A DNA stretch of 64,000 nucleotides, taken from assembly GCA_965153355.1 (NCBI GenBank), contig OZ231126.1, positions 36,084,001 through 36,148,000 on the forward strand, in the 5' to 3' direction. Of this stretch, positions 14,922 to 29,887 are shown piece by piece (position 1 is the first letter of the stretch; each line of letters opens with the position of its first letter). The DNA is from Flaccisagitta enflata. Taxonomy: Eukaryota. The notes beneath the pieces were generated by a model. The model searched no databases, had not been told where the DNA came from, and saw only the letters and a list, made by a program, of their open reading frames with translations. The translations under genes were made by a program, and so were the position numbers.

Positions 14922-16175
14922 GGGTTTGTTCCTGGACGCCGTGCTCCTTACCAGAGTCTGCGAACAACGACCTCTCCTTGTCTCCGATTGGCATTTGCCC
15001 ACACTTGTGGCACAAGTCATTTGGTCGGTAGATTTGGCGCCAAGTGGCCAGTTATTTTCGGTAATTCGGCGTCCACATTACAAAGAAATGCAAGATTTAC
15101 TGAGGATGGATACACAGCGGCGTGCGCTGGGGGGCTGGGGCCAGGCGTGCGTATTGTGTTTGAACAAAAAATAAAAACAGAAAAAAAGCTTAACTTTGAA
15201 AATCAAACACAAAAAGATCTTAACAAGGAGCGTATTGATCAACAGGTAAACATAACTGACAATCAACTTGCAATCAACAGTTTCTTTTTAGTCACGAAAC
15301 TAAATGAGGCTTTGTTCGTCCGTCTGTTTGTGTGTCTATCGGTCCATCTGTCCATCCATTCGTCCGTCCATCGGTCTGTTTGCCCATCCATCCACCTATA
15401 CGTCCATCTGTTCGTTCATCCATCCGTCTGTCCATCCGGGTTACTTGTTCCCCTTGACGTTGGCTATCAACGACTCAGTCAGTAATCTGGTGAAGCTACC
15501 GAGCTCGACCCAACTAACCGTCCGTAAAGCTGGTTCCGTGTATCTAGCCTTGTTTTTCGCTCCCCGTCGAAGTAGAAAGAGCTAAAGAGCCAACTCTATG
15601 AGAACTTTGATGTTGTCGTGTGCGTCGGACCTGTCAAATCAAGTTTTTAACAAACAAGAACAAAATAAACAAAACACACTTCAAACGATCACGCAAGACC
15701 GTGAATTCACATCTGGGGACATTCAGAAATACAATAGCTTGTGTATCAATTTTTGTGATGGACGGTCAGACAAAGGAACCAACAGATGGACCGACGGATG
15801 GACCGACGGACGGACCAACGGACGAATGGACAACGTGACTTGTAAAGTCGTATAGCACCCGACCAAAACTCATCAAGGAACTGAATAAGATAATAAATGT
15901 CAAGAGCAACCACCAGAGAGAGCATAGGAATTCCCTCCGATAAAATCGTCGCAGAAAGCAAACAATCTGGAATCGAAATTGTATCATCGTCGTTGCTCCG
16001 ATGTTTTTGTTGTCCTTCGCTTCGCATCTTAGTCCTTGTACATTCAAAGATAATGGTGCCATCCCCATGGGACGACGATCTCAACTGACCCGACTCATGA
16101 TTTAATGAGGTCAAAATCGTTTTGTCTTTTTTTGGTTTGAGCTTTATGGATGAAGGGATACCCGAACAATTGACC

Positions 16176-16225
<50 letters not shown>

Positions 16226-16241
16226 GGGACACAGAAATCGT

Positions 16242-16283
<42 letters not shown>

Positions 16284-16497
16284 CATCAATGGACGGAATA
16301 GTGATGCAAAAGACGACCAGAAAAGAAGGCACAGCGACAAACCAACAAACTTTTAAGTCGCAAAACGCCTGAGTCCATGAAGCCAAAAAAAAATATGTAA
16401 AGAAAGAGCCTGCCATAGTATAGACTACATTAGAGGCAAGTTCCCTAAAGTAACATGTTTAGAAAAAACAAGCAAACAAAAACCCAAAGGGCAGAAG

Positions 16498-17273
16498 AAC
16501 TAGTCATCCAAGGATCGCACATGGTCAGCGGTACCCGATGCCCTGCTAGGAGTGATCAGCTGAAGAAGTATAGTGAGAGCAGGGCAGCGGCCCCAAAGGG
16601 CCAATGTCCTGTAGGACACAGGGGTGAATTTCCAGACGTCCTTAGAAGGCACATTAAAGGGCTGACATGCTTGATTTTGAGCCTGACAAGGCTGATTTAG
16701 GGTATTAGAGAGCTAATTTTGGAGCTGAAAGGGCTGATTTTGGGCCTGAGAAGACTGATTTTGGGCCTGAGAGAGCTGATTTTGGGCTTGAGAGGGCTGA
16801 TTTTGGGCTTAAGAGGGCTGATTAGGGGCTAATTTGGAGCTAATTTTGGAGCTGAAAGAGCTGATTTTGGGCATGAGAGGGCTGATTTTGAGTCTGAGAG
16901 GGCTGATTTTGGGCCTGAGAGGGCTGATTTTGGGCTTGAGAGGGCTGATTTTGGGCTTGAGAGGGCTGATTTTGGGCCTGAGAGGGCTGATTTTGGGCTT
17001 GAGAGGGCTGATTTTGGGCTTGAGAGGGCTGATTTTGGGCAGAGGAGGTAGGAGTTTGGGCTTGAGAGGGCTGATTTTGGGCCTGAGGGCTGATTTGGGC
17101 TTGAGGGCTGATTTTGGGCAGGAAGGGCTGATTTTGGGCTTGAGAGGCTGATTTGGGGTCTGAGAGGGCCTCGGGGGGTGCGTACGGGCGTACGGACGTA
17201 CGGACGTACGTACGGACGTCTGGAAATTCACCCCTGTGTCCTACAGGACATCGGCCCTTTGGGGCCGCTGCCC
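16498..17273 (-). mobile_element. HINE-like family B with an internal 21-bp tandem array
   Basis: ~55-bp inverted repeat GGGCAGCGGCCCCAAAGGGCCGATGTCCTGTAGGACACAGGGG, an asymmetric tail ending GGATGACTAGTT, and central (AAAATCAGCCCTCTCAAGCCC)n. Confidence 0.75.
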
Positions 17274-17682
17274 AAAAAGGAAGGCAACGTATTCTTTGGC
17301 TTGTGGCAGTTTCCGTTCAATTCTTTCGTTAATCTTGGGTGCCGTATTTCATGTAAGGTGAGTGTTTCGAACTGTTTTTTTTATAGCGCAGGTTTGTCAG
17401 TTTGGAGCAGGGGTGGTTCGAAAGTGTACACGCGCCAGTAAGCACGGTTACTTGCGTGATAATGAACTCATGTAGGCTTTGCATTTTGTTTTTTTCTTTT
17501 CATGAGTGTTAAAAATGAGGATAATGAACTCAGTGGCGCGCCGTAGCGGTCGACTGATATTGCAAATTGTAAAGTGGCGTGCATCCGGCGATGGCAGGTA
17601 AGTCTTGGTTAGAAGATTGTGACCAAAAATGACTAATGTTCAAGACAAGACAAGGATGTGAGATGACTATAACGTGCAAATG

Positions 17683-17792
<110 letters not shown>

Positions 17793-18069
17793 TCTCCATT
17801 TTGTGTGACAAGTGGTAAGGAGAAAGAGCGTGAAGAGACGCAAAAAGGGTGATAAATCAAGTCTGTAGACAAAGTGGTCATCTATCTTTTTACATCTTCT
17901 TCTTCTTCTTCTTCTTCTTCTTCTTCTTCTTCTTCTTCTTCTTCTTCTTCTTCTTCTTCTTCTTCTTCTTCTTCTTCTTCTTCTTCTTCTTCTTCTTCTT
18001 CTTCTTTTTCTCTTTCATTTTCTTCTTCTTTTTCTTCTTCTTCTTCTTCATCTTCTTCTTCTCCTTTTT

Positions 18070-18837
18070 GGGCAGCGGCCCCAAAGGGCCGATGTCCTGT
18101 AGGACACAGGGGTGAATTTCCAGACGTCCGTACGTACGTACGTCCCATCCCCCCGAGGCCCCTCTCAGACCCCAAATCAGCCCTCTCAAGCCCAAAATCA
18201 GCCCTCTCAAGCCCAAAATCAGCCCTCTCAAGCCCAAAATCAGCCCTCTCAGGCCCAAAATCAGCCCTCTCAAGCCCAAAATCAGCCCTCTCAAGCCCAA
18301 AATCAGCCCTCTCAGGCCCAAAATCAGCCCTCTCAGGCCCAAAATCAGCCCTCTCAGGCCCAAAATCAGCCCTCTCAAGCCCAAAATCAGCCCTCTCAAG
18401 CCCAAAATCAGCCCTCTCAGGCCCAAAATCAGCCCTCTCAGACTCAAAATCAGCCCTCTCAGGCCCAAAATCAGCTCTTTCAGCTCCAAAATTAGCTCCA
18501 AATTAGCCCCTAATCAGCCCTCTTAAGCCCAAAATCAGCCCTCTCAAGCCCAAAATCAGCTCTCTCAGGCCCAAAATCAGTCTTCTCAGGCCCAAAATCA
18601 GCCCTTTCAGCTCCAAAATTAGCTCTCTAATACCCTAAATCAGCCTTGTCAGGCTCAAAATCAAGCATGTCAGCCCTTTAATGTGCCTTCTAAGGACGTC
18701 TGGAAATTCACCCCTGTGTCCTACAGGACATCGGCCCTTTGGGGCCGCTGCCCTGCTCTCACTATACTTCTTCAGCTGATCACTCCTAGCAGGGCATCGG
18801 GTACCGCTGACCATGTGCGATCCTTGGATGACTAGTT
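18070..18837 (+). mobile_element. HINE-like family B, inverted twin of 16498-17273 (other copies: 4786-5533, 19148-19376, 29187-29714, cluster ~29980-32555, ~57903-58642)
   Basis: Near-identical reverse complement of the upstream copy; follows a T-run. Confidence 0.78.
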
Positions 18838-18975
18838 CTTTTTCTTTTTCTTTTTCTTTTTCTTCTTCTTCTTCTTCTTCTTCTTCTTCTTCTTCTTCTT
18901 CTTCTTCTTCTTCTTCTTCTTCTTCTTCTTCTTCTTCTTCTTCTTCTTCTTCTTCTTCTTCTTCTTCTTCTTCTT

Positions 18976-19006
<31 letters not shown>

Positions 19007-19017
19007 TTTTTCTTCTT

Positions 19018-19048
<31 letters not shown>

Positions 19049-19376
19049 TTTTTCTTCTTCTTCTTCTTTTTCGTTTTTTCCTACTTCCTCTTCTACTTCT
19101 GCGTATTTCTCTTCTTCCTCTCCTCATTCTTCTTTTCCTTCGTTTTTGGGCAGCGGCCCCAAAGGGCCGATGTCCTGTAGGACACAGGGGAGAATTTCCA
19201 GACGTCCATCCGTCTGTACGTCCGTAAGTCGGTATGTCCATCCATCCGTCCCCCCTGAGGCCCCTCTCAGGCCCCATATCAGCCCTCTCAGGCCACTTTT
19301 CACTCCACTTCATCAGCTGATCATTCCAAGCAGAGCATCAGGTACCGCTGACCATGTGCAATCCTTGGATAACTAG

Positions 19377-20007
19377 TAGCCTGTACTGAAATGACTAAAA
19401 CCAAAAAGAATTGGGATTCTCCAAGCAGTTCATGTTGTGAAGCTGTCTAGGACTTCTATTTTAATCATTTGGTTGCTGCACCTTACCTTGAACTTCGATA
19501 GATACCTTGAACTTCGATAGAATACCAAAAATTTCAAAAGCTCAAATCAAAATTTCAACTGCAGATTTGAAATCTGCATGAAAAACTGTCTGTTGAAAGT
19601 GCTTTTCTATTTTCAAAATTCCTTCGGGATCATTAGCAAAATCCATGCTAAAGATTTTTAAAAAAGGTTAGTTCAATGATTTTACAAAGAAATTAAAAGA
19701 AAAGGTATGTTTTGCAATATTTGGCAGCACTTTTTACCACCTTTTTTTTAGAATATCAAAAAAAGGAAAACACTTTCAACCGTCAGTTTTTTCAGCAGAT
19801 TCCAGAATTGCAGTGAGAATTGAAATTTGAGTAATTTGAAATTTTCGATTACCTATAGGGTTAGGGTTAATAGAAGGAAAGGCATGGCCACCTAAAAGTA
19901 GAATTTCAAAACCAATGATGATTTCAATAAAGCCCGAGACAGTCCCACAATATGATCTGCTTGGAGAATGTTAGTTTCATTGCTTTTTGTCATTTAGGTA
20001 CAGGCTA
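19377..20007. mobile_element. hAT-type MITE
   Basis: TIRs TAGCCTGTAC/GTACAGGCTA and 8-bp TSD ataactag/atgactag. Inserted in the end of a HINE-B copy. Confidence 0.85.
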
Positions 20008-20144
20008 ATGACTAGTTTTTAAATTTTTTTCTTGTCATTTTTCTTCTTGCCTTTCTCCTTCTTCTACTACGCCTCCTTCTTCTCCTTCTTTCTCTTCTTC
20101 TCTTTCTCTTTTCGCATCCTGTCGGTCACCGGAGCTTTTCCGGC

Positions 20145-20590
20145 ATCACAACCCCATTTTCCCGCTTGAATAAGCCCATTACCGCCTTCAAAACGTTGTA
20201 AACTCCATTTCTGCCTCATCCTCAACCCCCATTTTCTCGTCCTTGTGAACCCTTTCTCTTCTTTATCGACATCCTCAACCCCCATAAACCCCTTTTTCTC
20301 GTCTTTTTGAACCCCATTTCCACCCTCATCTTCGCCTGAGCATAAACCCCCATTTTCTCTTCCTCACGAACCCCATTTCTGCCTTACCATAAACCACCAT
20401 TTTCTTGTCCTTGTGAACCCAATCTCCAACTCATCGACGTCATAAACCTCCATTTTCTTGCCCATATAAACCCGTTTCCTGCCTCATCATAAACCCCCAT
20501 TTTCTTGTCCATATGAACCCGTTTTCTGCCTCTCTGCTCCATCATAAACCCCCATTTTCCCGTCCTTATGGAGTCCATTTCCCGCCTTCC
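20145..20590 (+). repeat. Degenerate minisatellite with a recurrent AAACCCCATTTTC motif
   Basis: Motif recurs at ~20-45 bp spacing. A separate AGGTCTT/AGGTCAGTCTAAAAGC array follows at 20713-20820. Confidence 0.75.
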
Positions 20591-21050
20591 ATTAAAGCTG
20601 CGTTTTTGGCCATGTTTTTCGTCACCTCATCTTTTTTCACAAAATCTTCGGTAATTTTTTTCCCCTCTTCTTTTTAATAGTTGCGTACTCTACAAAACGG
20701 TAGGTAAGTCTGCAGGTCTTAGGTCTTAGGTCAGTCTAAAAGCAGGTCTTAGGTCTTAGGTCAGTCTAAAAGCAGGTCTTAGGTCTTAGGTCTTAGGTCA
20801 GTCTAAAAGCAGGTTCTTAGAATAGAATCTAGTCAGCGCGGCGCTATTCCTTCGATGAAGCGGAATTTGACTGGTCGGGATTTTTTTTTTCATGTTTTTT
20901 TTTTTTTTTGCTGTCCCTGTCCACCTGTATGCGGCTGATATTGGTCGTTTATCTGGCCTTGTTCCTGATAGTCTTTCCCATTTCTTTCCTTATTTTTCTG
21001 ATTTTTTTCTTATTCGATTTTAAGGAGGAAAATGCGATGGCGCGAAGCTT

Positions 21051-21160
<110 letters not shown>

Positions 21161-21413
21161 GGAAGTGAAAGTCTAGTACCTACTGGACACCAAACAAAAA
21201 ATTCATATGAAATGAAATGACTGACGAAAAATATTGCAATAATGAATTCATAGATTAATTGGTGAACGATTAAAATTCAAAAGCTTTCAGACGGAGAGTT
21301 AGGGAATGTCCATGGTTGGACAGACAAACTACCTGATAGCGGATGGAAGGAGCCCTTTATGGGTTGGGATATCCACAAGATTTTAGTCATGAGGTAACTC
21401 AATGGTATCTAAA

Positions 21414-21696
21414 ACAAGGCCAGATACACGGCTACCCCAGTCGCGTGCGGGTGGGCAGCGGCCATAATTGAGGTCAGTGGAACATTTGGGCAGGAGCAAT
21501 GAGGCCAAAACCCCCATTACCGCCAAAAAAGTAAAGTGTGACGGACGGACGGACGGACGGACGGACGGACGGACGGACGGACGGACGGACGGACGGACGG
21601 ACGGACGGACGGACGGACGGACGGACGGACGGACAGACGGACCGACCGACGGATGGACCGACAAAGCGGGGTGTAGAGTCGCGTAGCACGCGACTA
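21414..21696 (-). mobile_element. HINE family A (other copies: 13781-13942, ~15289-15553, 23825-23962, 25069-25307, 25429-25591, 26061-26223, 36247-37029)
   Basis: Nearly identical to 58999-59209, with an expanded (GACG)n tract. Confidence 0.82.
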
Positions 21697-21915
21697 AAAG
21701 CGTTCAATGCTATAAAATTCATGATTAAAAACAAACAAATAAAATGAACGAACGGTCGAACGAGCCGACAAATAGATCATGTATAAAAGGCCATGATGAA
21801 CATAGACATGATGGGATGAACGATCAATGTGATCAGACAAACAAACTCAGACCAAAACCAAACTGAAAACGGGAGGAAAAAGAATCAAAAGAGGGAAGGC
21901 AAAAATAGAATCGTC

Positions 21916-21961
<46 letters not shown>

Positions 21962-22207
21962 AGTGGATCTAGTTCCCTTTTCCTCCCTTTTCTTCCGTCC
22001 TCTTTTCAAAGCAAAACTCGATGAAAACTAGAAATGATTAAAAGGCAATTTTGAAGAAAGCGAATACAAAAGAAGAATTTCCCATGTCGATGAAAAATTA
22101 ATGAGTACCGCCGCCGCAACTGTGCCGATTGAAAAATCCCATATGCTGCATGCTCTGGGCTGCGTGCACTGTGCTGTGTGCGAGGTGTTTCATTGTGAGT
22201 GCATTGT

Positions 22208-24418
<2,211 letters not shown>

Positions 24419-26523
24419 AGTGCATTGTGCAAGTATGTGCTCTGCGCTTCTAGATCGATACTAGGTATGAGTGTCATACTGCGCGTACTGTGTCGCTTTC
24501 ACTGAGCGTGGTCCGTATGCTACGTTTGTTTATGTTCATTTACAGATGCGCCCTCGCAACTCTATGCGAAGGTCTGTCCGGCTGTTCATCTGTCCGCCCG
24601 TTAAATCTCCTGAAAATCGCATTTCTTGGTTGTTTTTGGTGATGGCGAGATCTTATACAATTGATACACATCTTTTAAGAGGCTGCTAAGACTGTTGTGT
24701 AAGAAACAGAAGCAGTCTATCTGACTGTCCATATATCCATATTTTCATATATCACTCAAATTCAAGCTGTCAGACGTCAGTACGCATCGTGGCCCGATGG
24801 GGCTTGTTATCATTTTCTCTGCAATCTGTCACTTTTCCTTTATTCCTCTCTTCCTCTTCATTGCAATGCGCGGCAATTGGATATTTCCATCTTCCTGCAA
24901 ATTATGTTTACTTGGCCGGAATACAAATGATCGTTTAGCAGTTAGTGTCCCATTCTACGCCAAGATGCAGATGAGAGTGATACATTTTCTAGTTTGTATG
25001 CATGCAGTAATCTATTGCGATGTGGCAATCCCCAAGGATTTATATTGCATGAATTTTTTCTTTCTTTCTAGTCGCGTGTACAACCCTACAACCCGCTTTG
25101 TCCGTCAGTCGGTCGGTTGGTCGGTCGGTCGGTCGGTCGGTCGGTCGGTCGGTCGGTTGGTCGGTCGGTCGGTTGGTCGGTCACACTTTACTTTTTTTAT
25201 GATTTTATTTCTTTGACCTCACTGCTCCTGCCCAAATGGTCTGGTGACCTCAAATATGGCCCCTGCCCACCCGCACGCGACTTCGATAACCGTGTATCCG
25301 GCCTTGTCATTTCAATATCGCTTATTGATATATCTCATTTACTAACCAGCGTTGGAGGGAGAAATAATCATTATATTACGACAAATAAAAGAATTTGTAA
25401 TTACACATGTATCTCCTGACATCGTTTTTAGTCGCGACTCTATACCCCGCTTTGTCTGTCGGTCGGTCGGTTGGTCGGCGTTTTTTATCATTTTGAGGTC
25501 ACTGCTCTTGCCCTAATGCCCAAATGGACCTTCTCTATCATTGCCCCTGCCCACCCGCACGCGTCTAGGGTAGCCGTGTATCCGGCCCTGTTCCTTCATG
25601 ACGACATAACAACAGTGGCAGGAGCCAGGAGGTATGTCAAATCGAACTTACTGATACCACACCCTCAGCGACTAAACCAGACATCGCTCCACTTACCTCC
25701 ACCTCCACCTCCACCACCTCACATAATCAGACGTCATAAGCAAACGTCTGCCCGATAAAAAACGTACAATGGATAATCAATTTATCATGATGTGTTTCAA
25801 ATATTTCTTTTCTATTTTCATGGTTAACATCTCATAGAAAAGACAAATGGCTGATCTTGAGTGTCATGCTACCATCCCTAGAAGTTGTAAAATAACAAAA
25901 ACAATAACGGGTTCGGATATTTCTAGGATGATGATTGATGAACAAAAAAAAAAGAAAAAAGTTTTTAACTGAAAAACTAGCCTACTCAAGTCCCACAAAC
26001 CAATGCTCTCCACAAAGTATGTCGCTTTGCCAACCACATCACTCAAGCAATTGAACACAGACAAGGCCGTATACGCGGACACACGGCCAATACCAGTCGC
26101 GCACGGGTGGGCTGCAGAAATGCGCGTTATAACACTCACCAACTCAATCATCACGGACTAACGGAACAACGGACGGACAGACGGACGGTCAAAGCACCTT
26201 ATAGAGTCACTTATACGCGACTAAAAACTACTCCGCAAAGCACGTCACGTTCTGCATCGATATCGAAATCGTCGGAATTGAAAAAAAATATTCGAATTGA
26301 TAAAACAAAGAAAGTCGGTTGTTGACAAAATCTGCTGGGAATTGCGAGCGGTGGCGCGTGGCCACGAATACACGCCTTTGCCTTCGTCTAAGAATAAAAA
26401 AAAGAATGTAAAGACCGGCATCCATCTTTTTCAGCTGCTTCAAGAAAATAGGTGGGGTGCCGTTTGTCTGTTTGTGTTTTACGGACAATTTAGATCCGTT
26501 TGAGGGTCCTGTATGTGCAGATG

Positions 26524-26669
<146 letters not shown>

Positions 26670-26709
26670 CTGTCTGTCTGTCTGTCTGTTTTATGATATG
26701 GCTGTCTGA

Positions 26710-27530
26710 TAGGGTGGCTTAAAGTGGGCTCATAATCCAATCTCATGACGCCCTTGGAGAAAATGTGACCATTCCCCACAAACATGGGAAATCCAAAATT
26801 TGGGGGTGATCCGATAAAGTTTACTCATGACCACAACCCCACCCATTATGTCGTGGTGCAGAACAGCGCCAAATTTAACAAATCGTTCTGTACTGTGATA
26901 GAATACGCTGCTATGCAGCGGAAATGTGGCAAAAACTAAAGTGTTATGCATGCTTTATACTCCCTAAATTAATTAAAAACCAGTTAACTGACCAATGGTG
27001 TTGATCTCGCATCGGTAAAGTTGCAGCATACTCAGTGAAACAACAGAATTCTTGGAAAAAAATTGCACGGAAAACTTTAGATGTTGCCACGTAAAAAACC
27101 GAATCTGTCTCTGAATGCAAAATTTTGCATTTCTAAACACATGGCCTGTTTCTTAAAAGTGTAAAGACTGATGCCATGTTTTTCAAAATGCAAACTTTTG
27201 AATTCAGAGACAGATTCGGTTTTTTACGCGAGACATGTCAATGCACAAGAATCAATTTTTGTTAAAGAACCATCAATTTCGCATGCTTTTTTCTCACATT
27301 TCCTAAGCATATGGTACAGAAAAACGTTTTTCTATGCAAAAAATCGATGATTACCAACCACAAATCCTTTATCTACATACAAATTCTTTGAATAGATAAG
27401 ATAAAAAATATCATATAAATCGTTTTGACTTGTCAAATTGCGTACTCGTTTGCACTGTGACTTATAGAGTATAAGAGACATTGGACAGGCGTCATGAGAT
27501 ATGAATATGACCCCACTTTTAGCCACCCTA
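26710..27530. mobile_element. hAT-type MITE with an internal palindrome (~27085-27235)
   Basis: TIRs TAGGGTGGCT..ATCTCATGACGCC and the inverse; 8-bp TSD ctgtctga/ctgtctaa. Confidence 0.8.
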
Positions 27531-29785
27531 CTGTCTAACTGACGCTCCGTAAGTCTGCATGTCTGTCTCTCCGTCCGTTTGCTATGTGACATGAAACTCT
27601 TTCCCGGAGCTTGATTTCTCCCTACATAATTTCCGCGTCATTTAAGTCGCGTTCTACCTGATTCATTGAGTTGTTATGATGGTCCGTAGGTTCATCCGTC
27701 TGTTGGTCCATCAGTCCATAAACCCAACTGTCGGTCTGTCAATCAGTGGGTAACATTTTATTTTTTTGGCGTCTATTGATAGCACTGTTGCCTATTGCTT
27801 AATCGGACTCACATCACTGGGTATTATGTGATGAGATTAAACCCCGAGCAACCCCGAGCTACCCCAGGGTTGATTCTCACTTGTTTTATACTAAAGGCTA
27901 CCCAGTGCATATTTTACTGCCCCTGACCACTTGTGGCACTAATACGCAGCTAAGGTAGCCGTGTATCCCGCCTTGTTTTTTTCTGTTTCTCCTTTCCGCG
28001 GAAGGTCTGCTTTTTCGTTTACAATTTTTCGTTCTCCTTTTCTACTTCTATCTTTCTCTTCTTTTTTTATCTTTTCTTTTTCCTTTCTTTTCATCTTAAC
28101 ATCCTTTCGTTACTATTAGGTCAGTTGATCGGTCCCCTTTCGCTTTCTCTGTGGGGGCTCACGGGAAACCTGCATCATTTCGCCAAATGTTTTGTCTACA
28201 ATATGTTTTGATTCCTCTGTGCAACAGTGGTAGACTTGAAGCGAATTCCACCCTGGTACAAGGCCTTCCTTGGAGAAAGCTCGTTTCACGTTTGGAGGCG
28301 CGTCATCATCCTTCTGGTGGACCGTAATGCCAATCTCACCCATTTTCTCTCCATTTTCCTGTTCTGACCATTTTCTCTCCATTTTCCTGTTCTGACCATT
28401 TTCCTTTTCTTACGCGTTGCATTTAGCCTCTTGTGTCGTTGGTCGCGGCTATAAACAACCTGAAAAAGCCCATCAGTAGAAAAACGTATGGGAAACGCAT
28501 TTATGGGTGGAAAACCGTTTAGACGTGGTCGTGACATTTAACTCATGTCCCCACTTTTTCCCGGGCATGAAGGCGTTAACGCTCTTTTTTCGGAGGGTGA
28601 CGTTATTGAAGGAATTTACGGCCAGCGAGATGGACGCGACCCGTCCTTAAGGCCAACAACACGGCAAAAGCAATCCATGTGAATATGCATATATATGGAT
28701 TAAAGAGATCGTAGCTAGTGTGAGAGAGAGAGAGAGAGCGTACAGATAGAAAGATCTGACAAACTGACAGACAGACTGACCTTATATCTGTCTTTCCATC
28801 GTTGTCGGTACCTATTTTCTAGGCACTATAAATCTGCGTAGGTACAGCACCTGTATGATTTTAGGTCCTTCTACATTAACTGACCACGTTCTCTTCTCTG
28901 TGCAGCTTTACTCGGTATTTGCTCTTTTTATGACTCCTTCATCAGTAATTCCATACATATTATCTTGATGTGGGTGGATATGCTAAGATTATAAGAGCGA
29001 AGGGAGATAGGAAAAAAGAATAGAAGAGAAATTGAAGCCGTGAATTCGGACGCTTGACTGCGCAAGACAGAAATTTCACGCTTTACGGTTTCGAAACTGT
29101 CCCCCCCCCTCTCCCTCCTCTTAGAAAATAGTGAAAAGTACGATGAATGTTTCTTTTCTTTCATTTTTCGCTTTCATTCACTTTTTGGGCAGCGGCCCCA
29201 AAGGGCCGATGTCCTGTAGGACACAGGGGTGAACCATTACGTACGTCTGTCCGTCTGTCCGTCCCCCCTGGCAAAGCTTCTGAGCCTCATGTTCCCATTG
29301 AATAGCGTGGAAAATTGAAGAAAAGCTAAATTCCCATTGAATAACATGGAAAATTGATGAAAAGATAAAAAAAATATGAAATTCCCATTGAATAACAGAA
29401 AATTTACTAGAAGTTAAAAGTATGGGAAATCCCTATTGAATAACATGGGAAATTGACAAAATTTTGAAATAAATGCAAAATTCAGATTGAATAACATGGA
29501 AAATTGATGTTGAAAGGGAAAAAAATTCAATGTTCTCATTAAGGGGAAAGTAGCCACAAACGCCTTCTCAGGACGTGTGGAACTTCACCCCTGTGTCCTA
29601 CAGGACATCGGCCCTTTGGGGCTGCTGCCCTGCTCTCACTCCACTTCTTCAGCTTATCACTCCAAGCAGGGCATCGGGTACCGCTGACCATGTGCGATCC
29701 TTGGATGACTTGTTCTTGCTCACATTCTCCGCCACTGTCCTTGTTTCTGACTGTTTCTATACCTCTTTACTTAGATGGCTTTGTT

Positions 29786-29887
<102 letters not shown>

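Noticed and set aside
14920-16100. Exon-like unique segments (minus-strand donor near 14951; hydrophobic ORF 15766-16068)
   Set aside because: No recognisable homology or consistent exon chain; part of the ORF runs into a HINE.
29290-29510. Short repeats with variable spacers, superficially CRISPR-like
   Set aside because: Repeats are degenerate, the spacers are short and AT-rich, there are no cas genes, and the context is a eukaryotic TE.
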